Source: Somniosus microcephalus
Lineage: Eukaryota
Assembly: GCA_052327205.1 (NCBI GenBank)
Contig: CM126207.1
Coordinates: forward strand, 178,684,001 to 178,748,000
Direction of reading: 5' to 3'
DNA length: 64,000 nt
The first letter of the stretch is position 1; each line of letters begins with the position of its first letter. The notes under the pieces were generated by a model. The model was not told the DNA's origin. It worked only from the letters and a program-made list of their open reading frames with translations, and made no database searches. Positions 59,150 to 64,000 of this stretch are shown piece by piece. The position numbers were made by a program, and so were the translations under genes.

Positions 59150-60360
59150 CACTATCCCCATATCCCTTGATTCCCTTAATATCAAAAAATCTATCGATCT
59201 CTGTCTTGAATATACTCAACGACTGAGCCTCCACAGCTCTCTGGGGTAGTGAATTCCAAAGATTCACCACCCTCTGAGTGAAGAAATTTCTCCTCCTCAG
59301 TCCTGAATGGCCGACCCCTTATTCTGAGACTATGGCCCCTGGTTTTAGACTCCCCAGCCAGAGGAAACATCCTCCCTGCATCTACCCTGTCAAGCCCTGT
59401 AAGAATTTTGTATGTTTCAGTGAGATCACCTCTCATTCTTCTAAACTCTAGAGAATATAGGCCCAGTCTACTCAATCTCCCCTCATAGGACAATCCCCCC
59501 ATCCCAGGAACCAGTCTGGTGAACCTTCGTTGCACTCCCTCTATGGCAAGTATATCCTTCCTTAGGCAAGGAGACCAAAACTGTACACAATACTCCAGGT
59601 GTGGTCTCACCAGGGCCCTATATAATTGCAGTAAGATGTCTTTACTCTTATATTCAAATCCTCTTGTAATAAAGGCCAACATACCATTTGCTTTCCTAAT
59701 TGCTTGCTGTACCTGTATGTTAACTTTCAGTGATTCGTGTAAAAGGATACCCAGGTCCCTTTGAGCACCAACATTTCCCAATCTCTCACTATTTAAAAAA
59801 TACTCTGCTTTTCTATTTTTCCTACCAAAGTGGATAACTTCACATTTCTCCACATTATATTCCATTTGCCATGTTCTTGCCCACTCACTTAGCTTGTCTA
59901 TATCCCCTTGAAGCCTCTTTGCATCCTCCTCACAACTTACATTCCCACCCAGCTTTGTATCATCAGCAAACTTGGATTTATTACATTTGGTCCCCTCATC
60001 CAAATCATTGATATAGATTGTGAATAGCTGAAGCCCAAGCACTGATCCTTGCAGTACCCCACTAGTTACAGCCTGCCAACCTACTCTCTCTTTTCTGTCC
60101 ATTAACCAATCCTTAATCCATGCTAGTATATTACCCCCAGTCACATGAGCCCTAATTTTGTTTAATAACCTCTTGTGTGGCACCTTATCGATTGCCTTCT
60201 GAAAATCCAAATACACCACATCCACTGGTTCCCCCTTATCTATTCTGCTAGTTACAACCTCAAAAAACTCTTAACAGATTTGTCAAACATGATTTCCCTT
60301 TCATAAATCCGCATTGACTCTGCCCAATCCTATTATTTTATAAGTGCAATGTTACCACGT
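59150..60360 (-). mobile_element. CR1 LINE fragment with a 344-aa RT frame
   Basis: DVVYLDFQKAIDKVPH..QGSVLG..KFADDTK..RPHLEYCVQFW. Confidence 0.92.
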
Positions 60361-61684
60361 AGATTGTAGGAGCCAGAGTTCTGGGTGAATTGGAATAGTA
60401 GAGGATGAAGCTAGGGAGGATATTGAAAAGTCAAGCTTGGAGGCGAGGTACTGCACAGATGGGCAGTGGCACAGAGGCGGTTTTACTGATGGACTAGAAA
60501 TGGGGTTTCCAGCTCAGCTCAGCTCAGCTCAGTTGAGCTGGATTTCATGTTTGTGGACCATTGAGGTGAGCTTTAGCATGAAATGTGTTAGGTGGATGAG
60601 ATCAGGGCTAAGATATAGGGTTTCTGGCAGGATATAATAGGATGGTTTTGAGCTGCGGAAAGTTCTCTTGACGAACAGGCATTTGAACAGCAGAGCGATC
60701 TTTGTGGAATCGAGCAAAATCTGCTGAAATGCTTTGCAGTGGGACAGCTGCTTTGTCAATGAGATTAGTTAAAGGTCTGTACAGCAGGTTAAAGCTGTGT
60801 AATGGCTGGATCAGCATAAAGCAGTAAAATAATTTTTATAATCAGATTCCAAATTAATTTACTAACTAACCTTCTTAAACCCTTTGCTAACACTACTCTT
60901 GTGTGCCTCTCTTTGTCTGAGGGAATTTTACTCACGTTTCCAATCAATGTTACAGCAACTGGAAAATCGAGGCTTCCGTTATCAGCAATCGGGGGGGGGG
61001 GGGGCAGGGGCGGCGTTTAGCTCACAGCTGAGATTTTACTCCCCTGCTTTCTAGAATAGGGGAGTAGTTGATCCTCTAATTGCTGGTCGCAGGAAGTGAG
61101 CAACAGCAGGTGGGTCATTGGGATAGAAATTAAAGACATCTAAATTTAAATCATCAGGTTCTAATCTTGCACTGACCAAAAGATAAGTTTCGAGACCACA
61201 AAAAGATTATTTTCGAGCCTCATGGTGGGGACTGTAGACAGGTAGGCCAGCTGATTCTCTTTAGTGACTCTGCATGACATCATTAATCTTTTCACAGATT
61301 GTACCTTACTATCTCATCCTTTCTGATACCGTCTCTATTAGCCATTTGTGTTTAGTCAGTCTCCTGACCATCTGGCTCGGTGCCTAGAACATACCATGTC
61401 TACCCTTACAGATTATTACTCCATTAAAGTTTGTTCATCAGGCTTGTCCTGATGTCCCTTGAGCAAGGTGCTCCACAGCTCCGCCCTTTAAAGGAGTAGC
61501 GATGTCCATTAAAACTGGGGCTTGGGTCAGGAGCTCTGCTTTCTGTAGACGAGACAAATCAGATCTAAATTTGCCAGCTTGTGTGTGGATGGCACTATAC
61601 CCAGCAGAGCTCTTTAATGTTGTCATGTCCCAATTATATCAGCACTGTTGAGGGATTTGGATGCAAAATATGTTTTTATGATAG

Positions 61685-62160
61685 TTTTCACTAGAATGAT
61701 ACTGGGGCTAAAAGGGTTAAATTATAAGGACAGGTTGAGTAAACTAGGCATGTATTCCCCCCAGTATAGAAGATTAAGGGGTGATCTAACTGAGGTGTTT
61801 AAGATGATTTTGAAGGAGTTGATAGGGTAGACAGAGATAAACTATTTCCTCTGGTAGGGGAGTCCAGAACAAGGGGGCATAACCTCAAAATTAGAGCTCG
61901 GCTGTTCAGGGGTGCTGTCAGGAAGCACCACTTCGCACAAAGAATAGTGGAACTCTTTCCCTTCCCCCACCCCCCCCCCCCCTGCCAAAAATGATGTTAA
62001 GGCTGGGGGTCAGTTGATCATTTCATAGATTTTTGTCAGGCAAGGGTACAGAACCAAGGTAGGTAGATGGAATTAAAATACAGATCAGTGATGATCTAAT
62101 TAAATGGCGGAACAAGCTCGAGGGGCTGAATGGCCTCGTCCTCTTCCTATGTTCCCTATG
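61685..62160 (+). mobile_element. CR1 3' fragment
   Basis: FTRMILGLKGLNYKDRL..RRLRGDLTEVFK; tail CCTATGTTCCCTATG. Confidence 0.8.
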
Positions 62161-62924
62161 CACCAAAATGAATGGTGTTTAATTTTGCATTGAGCACAGA
62201 GAGAGATGAAAAAGCGAACTGGAAGACTGTAGGTGAACTTTACATTCACATCACTGCTGGCACTCTTGGTTTCATTCGAAAGAATGGGTTCGGTGAGAAC
62301 AAAGCAGTTCAAAGTATAATTTGAAATTAGACTTGTGAAACAGTTCCTCAGCTACCGAGACACCCAATCAATGCTGTGGTTTTCTTTTGGCGGGGGGGGG
62401 GAATAGATTCTTAGAAAATGAAGAGGCTCAGGCTTACCGTGGAAAGCTAGAGAGTGCTTGTAAAGTGCTTTTAAATAAATTAGCATTAAGGATAAGTCCT
62501 GCAGTTGTAAATTGGTATTCCTCATACTCCTGCTAAATGCACAGACAGTGTCAGTTCTGTTCATTCAATACAGGGTTCAGGAGGCACTGCGTCTCAACAC
62601 TGCACTTCCTGCCCCCTTACAAGTTGGGTGGGCTCACTCTGCAGAAGCAATTTCTATGGCTGAGGCCTCGACACTCACCATAATCAGCTCCTTAAAGTGA
62701 GGTGTGCATTTAAACGTACAAACCAAATCTTAGCCTAGGAGAAAAAATGCCTTGTCCTGAAACTATACCTCCTGCCCCATTAAATTATCTCAGTTGGTTT
62801 TTTAAAATCTCTATGACGGTCTGTCATCGTCCCCATTTCACACTCCCCCCACGCCACAGCCTCCAGCACCAACAATAGGTATATTTCACCTGTGTTTTGA
62901 TTCTTTTCTTCATTTTCTTTCCCC

Positions 62925-63480
62925 CCTCTCAGGTGGATGTTCTCCCCGGAGCCCTGGCCAATATTAATCCCTCAACCAACATCACTAAAACAGATTTATC
63001 TGTTCATATATCTCTTTTGTGGAACTTTGCTGTGCGCAAATTAGCTGCCACGTTTCCTACATTACAACAGTGACTATACTTCGAAAGTACTTGATTGACT
63101 GTAAAGCTTTGGGATGTCCTGAGGTATATAGGAACAGCTTGTTCCACCATTCAGTTAGATCATGGATGATCCGTACCTCAACTCCATTTGCCCATCTTTG
63201 CTCCATATCCCTCGATACCCTTACCTAACAAAAATCTATACCTTCAGTCTTGAAAGCTTCAATTGTCCCAGCTTCCACAGCCTTTTGGGGAGAGATTTCC
63301 AGACTTTCACTACCCTTTGTGTGGAAAAAGTGCTTCCTGATTTCCCTCTGAACAGCCTAGCTCTCCCCCACTAGAGGAAAGTTTCCCTTTATCTACCCTA
63401 TGGTACCTTTTATCATTGTAAGCACTTTGGGACGTGCTGAGGTCATGAAAGGTGCTATATAAATGCAAATTCTTTCTTTC
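62925..63480 (+). mobile_element. DeuSINE 3' part with an adjacent or intervening CR1 tail fragment
   Basis: Deu-domain tail 62925-63125, minus-strand CR1 3' piece ~63130-63415, SINE/L2 tail 63416-63480. Confidence 0.6.
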
Positions 63481-64000
63481 TGTCTTTCATTGAAAGCTCG
63501 GTGCCACAAGGGATGTATCAAATGTCTGAAGTGGAGCCTTGCACTGTCCAAATTTGCACATCCTGGTTCTTAAACTTAACTTGTGTAGCCGAGCCCTGCT
63601 GACCTTGTTGCCCCATTTCATCTGTGTAGGTGAAGCTACAGGAAGAGGGTTTCTTCAGTGTTGAAGAAAATGTTGGTCTAAAGGCTGGACGCTCTTACCT
63701 GTGCTCCTTAGCCAATCGGAATGGCAAATATATATATCGACATCTACTTGGATTTATATAGCATCTTTAATGTAGAAAAAATGTCCCTATGCACGTAACA
63801 GAAATGCAAGACAAAAATGAATGCCGAGCCAAAGAGTCATAACGGCACATGAGGTAATTTGGCCCATCGAGTCCGTGCCAGCTCTCTGTAGAGCAATCCA
63901 GACAGTCCCGTTCCCCTGCTCTATCCCCGTAGCCCTACAAGTTTAAAGGAGATGAGGGTTTTAAGAAGTGTCTTAAAGGAGGAGAGTTGGAGAGGCACAG

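Overview
Vertebrate genomic DNA, almost certainly from a shark or other elasmobranch (inferred from HE1-type V-SINEs, SacSINE1-like DeuSINEs, HER1/CR1 LINEs and shark-type Penelope remnants). The window appears to lie inside the VAC14 gene (+ strand). Two coding exons are visible (24337-24511, 26240-26358); the second is followed by a U12-type (minor spliceosome) donor whose intron runs off the end of the window. The rest is intron packed with nested transposable elements. There are three full-length Gypsy LTR retrotransposons: a CsRn1-like copy (12216-17203), a Mag-like copy (43908-49143), and an intact copy with identical LTRs (51819-56365). Also present are a solo LTR, many CR1/L2 fragments, SINEs, a MITE, Penelope remnants with a minimal hammerhead motif, several tandem repeats and a 299-N gap. 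Most notable: (i) a ~7 kb non-coding insertion with Helitron-like hairpin+CTAG ends, arranged as a tandem pair, that carries duplicated promoter/first-exon-like cassettes and a 3.4 kb satellite and splits a CR1; (ii) the intact Gypsy has no tRNA primer-binding site but a 13-nt perfect complement to its own LTR (candidate self-priming) plus a YLDN RT motif. All calls are by eye; no database searches were run.
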